This document shows, piece by piece, positions 12,933-23,411 of a stretch of 33,815 bases of DNA (positions are counted from its first letter, which is position 1; every line of letters starts with the position of its first letter). The notes beneath the pieces were generated by a model. The model ran no database searches and was not told the DNA's origin. It worked only from the letters and a program-made list of their open reading frames with translations. The position numbers and the translations under genes are program-made. The DNA is from Macrostomum lignano (taxonomy: Eukaryota), in the NCBI GenBank assembly GCA_002269645.1, contig NIVC01002586.1, positions 1 to 33,815 of the forward strand, read 5' to 3'.

Positions 12933-14591
12933 ATGAGCCGCAGAAGCTCCAGCGACAGCTCGAGTTTGGAAGCGCCTCCCGCTACCCCAACTCCTCTCTG
13001 CATCATCTGCGACCAAGCTGCAGTCGGTGTGGCTCCGTTCTCCCGCTGCCACATGTGCAGTCAACACCTCAGTGTCGATGTGGCCAATCTATTCAAGCTC
13101 AAGGAAGAGGTCGAAGAGCTGCTGCTTGCCTACTCACAAGAGTCACAAGACTCACAAGAGTCACAAGACTCACAAGGCGCAGCAGGTGCAGCTAGCCGTG
13201 CAGCGCTGCTGCGACACCGACAAGACGCTGAGTCGCTGCGTCGTCTCGCTCTCGACATCCAACAGCAGCTGCAAGAGGTCAATCACAAATTCGATTTGGT
13301 ACAGCAAAACATCGACTCGTTTCGTAGCAAGGTGACGGGCCAGCTCTCAGGTGTGCTTGAGGCAGTGCGTGTGTGCGAGCGGGACCTCGAGGACGTCTCC
13401 AGCTACAAGCAGGAGGTGGCCACGGCGGAGGCTGCAGGCGACATGGCGGAGCTGCTTCGCCTGGTCCAGTCCATGCACGAATCGCTTGGAGACTTGGAGG
13501 CCGACTTTGAGAGGTCAGAGCGCCTGCTCAGAGAACAGAGCGACAATGAGGAGCTGCAGCTGCGGCTTCTGGGCCAGCTCGAGCGGCTGGTCGGCATTTG
13601 TGCGGGACGCAGCGAAGAGGTCGACTGGTCGAGAGACGTTGCGGTGACCGCGACATCCGATAAGATAGACAGAAATATAGCTGCTGAGAGAGAGAGAATG
13701 TTGGAGCCGATGGTCTTCAGTCACGAGGTGAAGCTGGATGACCGTGTTGAATACCTGGCTGTGTGCAGCGACACCAGTGGATTCGTTTGTGACCGCTCAG
13801 GCCGTGTGGTTCCCGCGGACTCAGAGGGAGACGGCAGCGAGGCTCTGCCTCAGCCCTGCATCCTTGCATCATTCTATCACAGCAGAGACCACCTACTGGT
13901 GCTGTCTGTGGACGGCACACAGAAGCTGCGGTGCCACTGCGATATCGACTGGATGAAAGACATCCGTGGCCTTTACTGCGACCGTCAGCTGCTGTTCATT
14001 GCTCAGCGAGATGCCGTGGCAGTGACGGACCTGAGCGGTCGCGCGGTGCGTCGAGTCCGCCCACACATCGAGGGCTTCGCTGACATCAGGGGAATCGGAG
14101 GCAACGCAGCCTCCGTGTTTGTGTCCAGTGGAAACAAAATTGCTGCATTCAGCAAAGCGACTTGGGAGATCGAGACAGTCATCACGCTGTCTCAGCTTCC
14201 TGATGCTTATTTGCGGAACCTGACGACTCACGACAACTGCATCCTGGTGACAGACAGAAGGCACCATCAGGTGCACAGAGTGCGCATCGACACCCAGCAG
14301 CTGGTCGCCTCCCTTCCAAGTGCCCGTTCTGATCTTTGTCAGCCATGGGACGTGGTAGTTGACAGGAGAGGCCGCCTGTTCGTAAGTGAGCACTATGCTC
14401 ACTCAGTGCGAGCTTTGGCTGCAGACGACGGGTCGCTGCTGTGGACTCTGGGGACTCCGGGCAAGAGCGGCAGCGGAGACGGCAAACTTGGATATCCCTG
14501 TGGTCTGGCGGTGGTGACGGGAGGTCCGCACGAGCAGCTGGTGGTGGCTGACTGTGGCAGTCGTCTTGTATTTTTGAGCTTGTCAGATTAA
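12933..14591 (+). CDS. NHL-2: intact intronless Zn-finger (CxxC-x12-CxxCxxH)/coiled-coil/NHL-repeat protein, 552 aa; TRIM-NHL-like without a RING
   Basis: The ORF is open from ATG 12933, which follows the pyrimidine tract/AG tatttttcag. It contains CIIC..CHMCSQH, a long helical L/E/Q/R-rich region, and NHL-type repeats (PWDVVVDRRGRLFVSE; G.G.G.LGYPCGLAV; LVVADCG.RL). Confidence 0.85.
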   Translation: MSRRSSSDSSSLEAPPATPTPLCIICDQAAVGVAPFSRCHMCSQHLSVDVANLFKLKEEVEELLLAYSQESQDSQESQDSQGAAGAASRAALLRHRQDAESLRRLALDIQQQLQEVNHKFDLVQQNIDSFRSKVTGQLSGVLEAVRVCERDLEDVSSYKQEVATAEAAGDMAELLRLVQSMHESLGDLEADFERSERLLREQSDNEELQLRLLGQLERLVGICAGRSEEVDWSRDVAVTATSDKIDRNIAAERERMLEPMVFSHEVKLDDRVEYLAVCSDTSGFVCDRSGRVVPADSEGDGSEALPQPCILASFYHSRDHLLVLSVDGTQKLRCHCDIDWMKDIRGLYCDRQLLFIAQRDAVAVTDLSGRAVRRVRPHIEGFADIRGIGGNAASVFVSSGNKIAAFSKATWEIETVITLSQLPDAYLRNLTTHDNCILVTDRRHHQVHRVRIDTQQLVASLPSARSDLCQPWDVVVDRRGRLFVSEHYAHSVRALAADDGSLLWTLGTPGKSGSGDGKLGYPCGLAVVTGGPHEQLVVADCGSRLVFLSLSD

Positions 14592-16888
14592 ATGATGCAC
14601 GGGTTTATTAAGCAAATATTAAGGCAAATTCACTAGTCAGGACTGCATTAGCTGCTGTGCAAACAGTAGGTCAAAATCTAAGCAAATCAAACAGCTTTTT
14701 TCCGTAAACTTTTTGAAACTGTCTGCTGACACTTCAACTCAAGTGATTGAAAGAGCTTAACCATTTTCACCGCATTTTTACCTCTTGATATTCAAATATA
14801 TTTTTCTGTAACATTAAACATACTGTTTGCTAATTAGAAGTACACATGGATTTTCACGAAGTAAGTATTCTTGTGACTTTATCTTTAGCATCGAGCCTGA
14901 GACTTCGATGGCGACTTTCTATTTGTAGGGGTGTCGCAAGGGTTCTGTGTGCACCCTGGCGAACTTCAAGCGACATTGTCACACAACCGGCAAGAGGCAT
15001 TGCTGCCCATTCCGCCGACCCCCTGAGCAGGCACACAAGCGCGCGGATACGTACGCAGTCGTACGCACAGGCACACACTCACACAGGAGTGTACAGCGGC
15101 TCTAACTTTATTTATCGTTAGGCATGTACACTTCCCTTTGCCTTGTGGGTTGGCCCTTAAGGCCGTTAATTGCACGAGCAGAGCCAAGCCGAGATTCCAA
15201 TTTAGCCACAAATTAATGTGACTGCATCTGGAATCGAGGCCTGGGCCGCTGGCACATCAGAGCGCCGCGCGAGATCACTGGTTTGCAATGCGTATGGTTA
15301 TGCGTAACACCAAACCAACGCAATTTGAAAGCTTGTTATTGTCGAGGTCGCACTAAGGCGCAGTGCTGATTGGCGCATAGGGGCTGTACAATAGCGCTTA
15401 TAGATTATGGAGAGAATCGTTGAATATCTCGTCGGTCCGGAGGGCTGGCGGTCGACTTAGTTCTTGTTTGAGAAGGTGGGCAACACAAAGTTTGAGAACT
15501 TGCAGCTGAAGTCAGTGAACGCTTACTTGTATCGGCTCTTCATCTCTCTCTTCTCTCTTCTTCCATCTCGTCTCTTTTTATTCCTCCTTTCCTCTCACAA
15601 ATATCTGGTCCATAGCCACTATCTAGATTATTTATCTGGCCTTTCAGGTAAGCCTCTGGGGTAGAACTACACGAGATTTTTTATTAGTAAATTCAGGATG
15701 CAGTAAGTACATTAAAATTGGTAGTTTTGTGCTTTTTCAACTAAGGGCAATCTTTAAGATCAAGTTACTTTTTGTAGCAGAGATCAACGCTTTGTCTGTA
15801 AAATCGCCCCTGAAATACAGACTATAGACTATAGACAATCGCTCGATAATATATTGATTATTATATTGATGAGGACGCACTTTTTTCCAAACTTCACGCT
15901 CGCACATGGGCTCCAAACTTAAAACTCCAAGGTTTCAGTGGACCAATGGCAAGGCGGTTCTCAGTCGATCAATCTATCAAATCAGTGAGCAAAATTGTCA
16001 ATAGTGCAAAATCGGCGCTAAAGATGTACTCTGTGCACTCTAGGTTTGCCAAGCGGCTCGGGTAATGAATCATGCGGTCTCCGATGTTCGAGTTAGCCTA
16101 TCATCAGCGCTATGAGAGGCTAGTTGGCGCGTTGACGGCCAAAATTACAATTCCTCGTATTTAGCAATGTAATAGTACATGTAGTATAGCTACCCCATAG
16201 ACTCGCCACTGCAAGAATCCCCTGCACAAGTCCCCTCTGTACCTGCATGGCCAATGCGATCAAGTCCCAGCAGTGTCCCTTATCATCGACTATGACTTCG
16301 AGATTGACAAGCAAAAAGACACTAGTTGGCAGGTAAGTGCAAAGCCCCCTCTAGTCGGAAGCCCGATTTCGAAAGTTCCGGTTTGGTGAGCCAGGACGTA
16401 CGGGATATGGTGGCAGCGGGTTAGTTAATCTGCGGATTAGCTGATCTCTACCTTCAAAATTCTCCCTGCTTGTCTCTCGCTGTGCCTCTCTTAGCTATAG
16501 GACCTAGACTGCTCGCCACAAGATCAAGCTACCATGGGGCTGACCATCTGACAGGAGTGGAGGGCCAGGACTCTAATTGATTTATTTCTGAGACCTGAGG
16601 CCCGAAGGCTTCCACAAAGGGGCCGAAAAGGCCGAAACCCATCAATATTCTCAAGTAATATGACTAGATATTGCTGGTCAGCATTTTCAAACTAGCATGG
16701 TGTGCCCATGCGTTAGCAGGCAAGGTTATAGACTTAATTCTGCCACTGGGATTCCACTTAAACTTAATACTACTCATTTATAGCTATTAGTCTACGAGTA
16801 TAGTACTAGCAACACTAGCAATCTCGAACTCCCGTTTTGAAGGAGTACTTCGTAGAACTTCACTACAGTATGGTTACTATTTAATAAA

Positions 16889-16992
16889 CATCAAAACGCA
16901 TCAGTACACACTGAGGCAGATCAAAACACGTCAGGACACACCGAGGCACATCAAAACACATCAGGACACACTGAGGCACATCAAAAAACACC
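16889..16992. repeat. 30-nt unit x ~3.4 (CATCAAAACACATCAGGACACACTGAGGCA)
   Basis: Three degenerate copies plus a partial copy, read directly. Confidence 0.75.
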
Positions 16993-17526
16993 ATGTCCTG
17001 CAGGAAACACTGAAACACTTAGCCACGTAACTGTACAAGCATTGGCGTGGCGCCTTGGCGCCCAGGGCTACCACTCTACGAATGAAACGCCCTAAATTGA
17101 AATGGTGCAGTTTCAACTGCACATACAAAATTTGCCCCACGAAACGCAGACGTCACCCGTAGAAAAACCCTGGGCATGCACCACGGCTACTGCTGGACAT
17201 CCATTAGGACAAGTTCCTCCCCCCTAAAGTTGCTTTCCATAATCGCTGTGCATGCAACTACATGTAAACGAATTCAATGCCTGCGAGCCATTTTGGGGCT
17301 GCTGCAAATCGATCAAAACTTCTATACCAATATTTTTCAAAGTCGGACTCACATGCACTTCTCCCAGCAGACCGAAGCCCTGTGTATCGGGAGTCGGAAT
17401 ACATTTATGCATAAGCCAGCTCGTAACGGCAAGCAACTTTGAACCTTGCAGCCTACGTCATTAAGAATTGTTATAGCCGCTTCAGATCTTGCTCGCTGCA
17501 GCCCTCAATTATATCGCTTAGCAACG

Positions 17527-20056
17527 ATGAGTCTCTTTACGCTTCTAACCGCAATCTTTCTGACAGCATTCGTTCAGGCCTCGATGACGGCTAAGAGTGA
17601 GTTCTCAAATGCACCCATAAATGTTCTATAGGCTACATAATTATTTAATAATAATAATATTCACTGAGCTGAGGCAATTCTGCCCATTCTGCTGACTCCT
17701 AAGCATACAACTGTAAACAAAAACTTGTACATGTAGCTCTTCTTTCGAGAATTATATAACATACTACCGCAAGAAACTGCATCCTTTTCCTTTCATTCAC
17801 TGTCCGAATTTTCTAGTTGCTGGTCAACGCTGCGAGGCCAAATCGTTCGTTTACGATCGTCGGCACGAGAGCACACGCGGACATCACTGCGAGTTTGGTA
17901 ATTGGTGACCATTCTGCTGGGGTTTGAGGTGTCTTCGTGGCGTACGCCAGACAGATAAACTATGATCAGTAACTGAGGAAATCTGCTGTTACTATGTGTA
18001 TTGCGATGCAGTGGTAATTCTTAATCCTCCCCGCAGCTCCCCAGAACTGGTGGCGAATCAGCGAAGCCTGCAAGGATCTCCGCAAGAACCGACCGTCTCC
18101 CATCAGCATCCCACTGGGAGTCTGCAAGACTAAGTCCAAAAACTTGAAAAACATCACGCTTGGACGGGGCTGGTCTCGCGAAAGAGATTTTATCGTTAAA
18201 AATAACGGGCATTCAAGTGAGTTATTATCGTGTTCTGTTCCTTCTACTACTCTTAGTAGGCGGTTAAAGAAAATATTGCATAACTGCACAGTATTTTATA
18301 AAAAAGCAAATTTCGTGTCAATTGCTAACCTGCCTGCTCACAAATCACCTGTCTGCTCACAAATCACCTGTCAGTGCTCACAAATCACCTGTCAGTGCTC
18401 AGAAATCACCTGTCAGTGCTCACAAAGCACCTGTCTGCTCACAAATCACCTGTCAGTGCTAAAAAATCACCTGTCAGTGCCCACAAATCACCCGTCAGTG
18501 CTCACAAAACACCTGTCAGTGCTCACAAATCACCTGTCAGTGCTCACAAATCACCTGTCAGTGCTAAAAAATCACCTGTCAGTGCTCACAAATCACCTGT
18601 CAGTGCTCACAAATCACCTGTCAGTGCTCACAAAACACCTGTCAGTGCTCACAAGGCAACTCCCACACCATCTACCCTCTCCACAGTCCAAGCAGACGCG
18701 GTGGACGGTGCCGACCTGACGGTGACGGGAGGCCACCTGAAAGGCACCTACAGCTGCATCCAGTTCCACTTCCACTGGGGCAGCCGGGCCAACATGGAGA
18801 AGGGCATCGGCAGCGAGCATCGGCTGGTTGACGCGGCCGGCAAGGAGGTGCCGACGCCTCTGGAGGTGCACATCGTGTGCAAGCGGCGGGAGCTGAGCGT
18901 CAAACAGGCTGTCAGCACCCCAGACGCCATCGCTGTGCTGGGGGGCTTCATCCAGCCCATGAAGGTGAGGCTCTGGTTCTGTTCACTCCAGCGTGTATAT
19001 GAGTGCTCAGGTTCGATTCTGTGCTCAAATAGAAAGATCTCACACAGAGTGTACAGCAGCCTTCACTTTCTAATCGTCAGGCATGTTTAAGTAACTAAAA
19101 TTACTCAACTAAAGTACATTTTCAGCTCGTAATATATCCCTAATTGATTCCAGCCCACAGAGGAAGACACCTGGGCTGATTACGCAATTTCCCAGGTGCT
19201 GGGCTACATGACGGGACTGCTGAAACCTGTGGAGCACGGAGCCGCGGTGTCTCACGAAGGTTAGTCTGTCAAGCAGGGAAATAATTATCAAAAATGTATT
19301 TTAATTGTCATTTAACCGAGAGACAGGTAGACAATGTATTTGTCCACGACTGATATGCTAGAATGCATAAACACCCGGCAAACTTAAAGGCAGTCTTTAC
19401 TTAGCTCATACGTAGTCAATGAGCAGTCAATGAGCAGTCAATGAGCAGTCCATCTCAAGCCCTCCCACTTGCCTCTGCAGATGCACCGACAGTGCAGCTG
19501 CAGCTCCGCGACCTTCTGCCCGACAACCTCCAGCGGTTCGTGAACTACGATGGAGCCTTCACCACCCCTGGCTGCAACCCGGTGGCGCAGTGGCATCTCT
19601 TCACCGACATGATGAAGATCCGCAAGGAGCTGGTGAGAACTCGATATTGATCAGGCTGTAGATCAGGCTGTAGATCAGGCTGTAGATCAGGCTATAGATC
19701 AGGCTGTAGATCAGGCTATAGATCAGGCTGTAGATCAGGCTGTAGATCAGGCTATAGACCAGGCTGTAGATCAGGCTATAGATCAGGCTATAGATCAGGC
19801 TATAGATCAGGCTATAGATCACGCTGGTGATCAGGCTATAGATCAGGCTATAGATCAGACTGTAGATCAGGCTACAGATCAGGCTATAGATCAGGCTATG
19901 GATCAGGCTCACATGAAACCCCCCGAACCTCTCCAGCTGTTGCAGTTCACAACGGCTTTTTTTGACAAAGCCAAGACTCGCCCGATGGTGAACAATTTCC
20001 GCCCCGTGATGAGCCGGCACGGCCGAGAGATTCGCTGCAGCTTCGGCAACATTTAG
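17527..20056 (+). CDS. CA-A: secreted alpha-carbonic anhydrase, 328 aa; exons 17527-17596, 17817-17897, 18037-18216, 18687-18964, 19154-19259, 19481-19632, 19937-20056
   Basis: It has a hydrophobic signal-like N-terminus and the alpha-CA motifs P.NW, SPI.I, NNGHS, QFHFHWG, GSEH, EVHIV, Y.G.FTTP.C and NNFRP. The six GT-AG introns are phase-consistent (987 nt). Confidence 0.92.
18335..18655. repeat. 21-nt minisatellite (AAATCACCTGTCAGTGCTCAC), CA-A intron 3
   Basis: Tandem copies read directly; same unit as 24672-24988. Confidence 0.93.
19648..19910. repeat. 10-nt minisatellite (TAGATCAGGC), CA-A intron 6
   Basis: Tandem copies read directly. Confidence 0.93.
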
Positions 20057-20490
20057 AAGCGGCCGAGGGCTTCGAATGTTGTCTCCGGCTGAATTAATTT
20101 AAAGTACACTGAGGATAAAGTGACTGAACTCTGACAGAATTATGAGGTTTCTGTTTTACACTTTCCGGGTTTTTCGGAGTCATTTTTGTTATACTGTTAA
20201 GAAAAATGTTTATTTTAGTTTCGAAGTCTTTTTTGTTTTACTATTTAGAAAAATATCCGGTTTCAGGACGCGCGAAAATTTGAAACGATTTAAACAGCTC
20301 TTCCTGATTGTGTTGATGGGTTTATTCTAATTAACTGAGTCGTTTTTCATCGTTGTCTGTTTCTTTATTCTTTAGCATTATGTCCACCCACCGACAAGTG
20401 GTGTCATTGGTGGTTTAGCAACGTGTGAAGTAGGCACAAGCAGGCAGAAGTGCCGTTAAATTTCGTGGCATTGGGGACGCCATTTTGCTT

Positions 20491-20663
20491 AAATGGGTGT
20501 GAGTTTGTTTGAATGGGTGTGAATTTGTTTTAATGGGCGTGAATTTGTTTGAATGGGCGTGAATTTGTTTGAATGGGCGTGAATTTGTTTGAATGGGCGT
20601 GAATTTGTTTGAATGGGCTTGAATTTGTTTAAGTTGGCGTGAATTTTTTTAAATAGGCGTGAA
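20491..20663. repeat. 20-nt minisatellite (GAATTTGTTTGAATGGGCGT) abutting the NHL-3 truncation point
   Basis: About 8 copies read directly. Confidence 0.9.
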
Positions 20664-21983
20664 TTGGTACAGCAAAACATCGACTCGTTTCGTAGCAGAG
20701 TGACGGGCCAGCTCTCAGGTGTGCTTGAGGCAGTGCGTGTGTGCGAGCGGGACCTCGAGGACGTCTCCAGCTACAAGCAGGAGGTGGCCACGGCGGAGGC
20801 TGCAGGCGACATGGCGGAGCTGCTTCGCCTGGTCCAGTCCATGCACGAATCGCTTGGAGACTTGGAGGCCGACTTTGAGAGGTCAGAGCGCCTGCTCAGA
20901 GAACAGAGCGACAATGAGGAGCTGCAGCTGCGGCTTCTGGGCCAGCTCGAGCGGCTGGTCGGCATTTGTGCGGGACGCAGCGAAGAGGTCGACTGGTCGA
21001 GAGACGTTGCGGTGACCGCGACATCCGATAAGATAGACAGAAATATAGCTGCTGAGAGAGAGAGAATGTTGGAGCCGATGGTCTTCAGTCACGAGGTGAA
21101 GCTGGATGACCGTGTTGAATACCTGGCTGTGTGCAGCGACACCAGCGGATTCGTTTGTGACCGCTCAGGCCGTGTGGTTCCTACTGACTCAGCGGGAGAC
21201 GGCAGCGAGGCTCTGCCTCAGCCCTGCATCCTGGTATCATTTCTTATCAACAGAGACCACCTGCTGGTGCTGTCTGTGGACGGCTCACAGAAGCTGCGGT
21301 GCCACTGCGACATCGACTGGAAGAAGGAAATCTGGGGCCTTCACTGCGACCGTCAGCTGCTGTTCATTGCTCAGCATGACGCAGTGACAGTGACGGACCT
21401 GAGCGGTCGCGTGGTGCATCGAGTCCGCCCACACAACGAGGGCTTCGCTGACATCAGGGGAATCGGCGGCAACGCAGCTCGAACGCAGTTTCCACTGGTG
21501 TTTGTGTCCAGTGGAAACAAAATTGCTGCATTCAGCAAAGCGACTTGGCAGATGGAGACGGTCATCACGCTGTCTCAGCTTCCTCATGCTCGACTGGGTA
21601 ACCTGGCGACTCACGACAACTGCATTCTGGTGAGAGACTGGATGCACAATCAGGTGCACAGAGTGCGCATCGACACCCAGCAGCTGGTCGCCTCCTTCCC
21701 GACTCAGCGTTCCGGCCTCCAACACTTTTCTATGCCACTGGATGTGGCCGTCGACAGCAGAGGCCGCCTGTTCGTGAGTGAACATTGGGGTCACTCAGTG
21801 CGAGCGGTGGCTGCAGACGACGGGTCGCTGCTGTGGACTCTGGGGACTCCGGGCGAGAGCGGCAGCGGAGACGGCAGATTCGACGGGCCATGGGGTCTGG
21901 CGGTGGTGCCGGGAGGTCCGTGCGAGCAGCTGGTGGTGACTGACCTTTTCAACAGCAGACTGCAGGTGTTCAGTGCACCCTAA
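20664..21983 (+). CDS. NHL-3: coiled-coil/NHL-repeat paralogue, 5'-truncated (lacks the Zn finger and the start of the coiled coil); start uncertain, may be a pseudogene
   Basis: Homology to NHL-2 begins abruptly at 20664 (equivalent to 13296), directly after a 20-nt minisatellite. The frame stays open to TAA at 21981-21983. Confidence 0.65.
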   Translation: MVQQNIDSFRSRVTGQLSGVLEAVRVCERDLEDVSSYKQEVATAEAAGDMAELLRLVQSMHESLGDLEADFERSERLLREQSDNEELQLRLLGQLERLVGICAGRSEEVDWSRDVAVTATSDKIDRNIAAERERMLEPMVFSHEVKLDDRVEYLAVCSDTSGFVCDRSGRVVPTDSAGDGSEALPQPCILVSFLINRDHLLVLSVDGSQKLRCHCDIDWKKEIWGLHCDRQLLFIAQHDAVTVTDLSGRVVHRVRPHNEGFADIRGIGGNAARTQFPLVFVSSGNKIAAFSKATWQMETVITLSQLPHARLGNLATHDNCILVRDWMHNQVHRVRIDTQQLVASFPTQRSGLQHFSMPLDVAVDSRGRLFVSEHWGHSVRAVAADDGSLLWTLGTPGESGSGDGRFDGPWGLAVVPGGPCEQLVVTDLFNSRLQVFSAP

Positions 21984-22570
21984 TTTTATTCACAGGCCGA
22001 ATATTAATCGAACTGTGGGATTTCTTGAGTGATTGATTTCTTGGAGGCCGGGTTTTTGTTCGAGTTTTTTACATTGTGGAATTTTTACATGTTATGACCT
22101 TTTTTGTCTGATAATTGTTTATCGTGTCCAGCATATTCAGAATTGATATTTATTGAATAGAAGCACATTAAACATTATGCATGTATTCAGTAATTACATT
22201 AAACTTACGTTGGCCCTTAACACTTCTTTCATTGTTTTTCTTTTTCTAGAAGTTTCAGCACCAGAAATTGGGACTTGACTGTTGAATTGAATTTCAGCAA
22301 AAGTGGCATGCAGTTTACTTAAATTCTCTGCACTCGCTGCAGACTCAGCTCTCGCTTCTGTGTTGCATTTTCCTCAGTGGTTCACTGCTTTGTGTTTTAT
22401 ATGCATGGGCACAGGCATTCTTATCTGGGAAATCATTGTTAAAATATAAGCTTTGGAAAGTTGAAATTGATGGCACAACTGCTAAACATGCAAACTTCAA
22501 TTAAGGATGGGGATCTGTGATGGGATCTGATTCTTTCAACTAAAGGGCTGCATGAGCATAGTGGGATGTA

Positions 22571-22886
22571 GCACCAAGGTGCGCCAGGACCAAGGGGCGC
22601 CAGCACCAAGGGGCGCCAGCACCAAGGGGCGCCAGCACCAAGGGGCGCCAGCACCAAGGGGCGCCAGCACCAAGGGGCGCCAGCACCAAGGGGCGCCAGC
22701 ACCAAGGGGCGCCAGCACCAATTGGGGCGCCAGCACCAAGGGGCGCCAGCACCAAGGGGCGCCAGCACCAAGGGGCGCCAGCACCAAGGGGCGCCAGCAC
22801 CAAGGGGCGCCAGCACCAAGGGGCGCCAGCACCAAGGGGCGCCAGCACCAAGGGGCGCCAGCACCAAGGGGCGCCAGCACTAAGGG
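22571..22886. repeat. 16-nt GC-rich minisatellite (GCACCAAGGGGCGCCA)
   Basis: About 19 copies, intergenic; explains four overlapping ORFs at 22439-22899. Confidence 0.95.
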
Positions 22887-23411
22887 CTACTAAATACACG
22901 ACCTGTTATATAGTAAGTTTTCATCTGTAGCAGAGCAAAGCTGAGCTAACATTGTTAACAGCCAATGCCAACATCAAAATAGTTCTGTTGAGTCTATAAG
23001 AACTTCATATCTGAAGCTTTAATAGAAAATGTCGTGTCGTGAATGTACACTGATGCGTACACCACTTGCAGGACATACATAGATGACTGCATTGGCTTTG
23101 TAGGCCAGCCTTCCAATTTAGCCCTAAAGATTAAGCTTTATTTAATCTTCGTCAGGTGGCTCCAGCCAAAACTAACTTCACTAACTTGCATGTACATCAC
23201 TGAACGATGCACTTTTAGCTTTCAGTGCACTAGACAAAACTAGGTGTGTTCAAATTTTAGACCAATCAAGTTTGCATGTACGTTCGTAATTAGGCCAATT
23301 TGGAAAGATTTATATATAGCTAGCTTTGCGAATTTCATTGTGACCATCAAGTGAATATCAGTATTAGAGTCTATACAGAAAGGCCAGCTTCTACAGTGTT
23401 CTGCACCAAGC

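Noticed and set aside
13027-14402. Alternative-frame and antisense ORFs over NHL-2 (similarly over NHL-1, NHL-3, CCDC174 and CA exon 4)
   Set aside because: They are shadows of GC-rich coding sequence, and their recurrence follows the paralogy of the sense gene.
16588-16643. GGCCGAAAAGGCCGAAAC, resembling hammerhead ribozyme stem II plus GAAAC
   Set aside because: There is no CUGANGA core immediately upstream and no convincing stem III/NUH partner.
14600-17500. Short ORFs between NHL-2 and CA-A
   Set aside because: I recognised no domain, no consistent splice chain, and no tRNA, snRNA or rRNA signature.
17817-17897. CA exon 2 (C...SFVY...C) resembling half of a PAN/apple domain
   Set aside because: It is better explained as the alpha-CA N-terminal W-x-Y...GP..W segment with an insertion; it has too few cysteines for a PAN domain.
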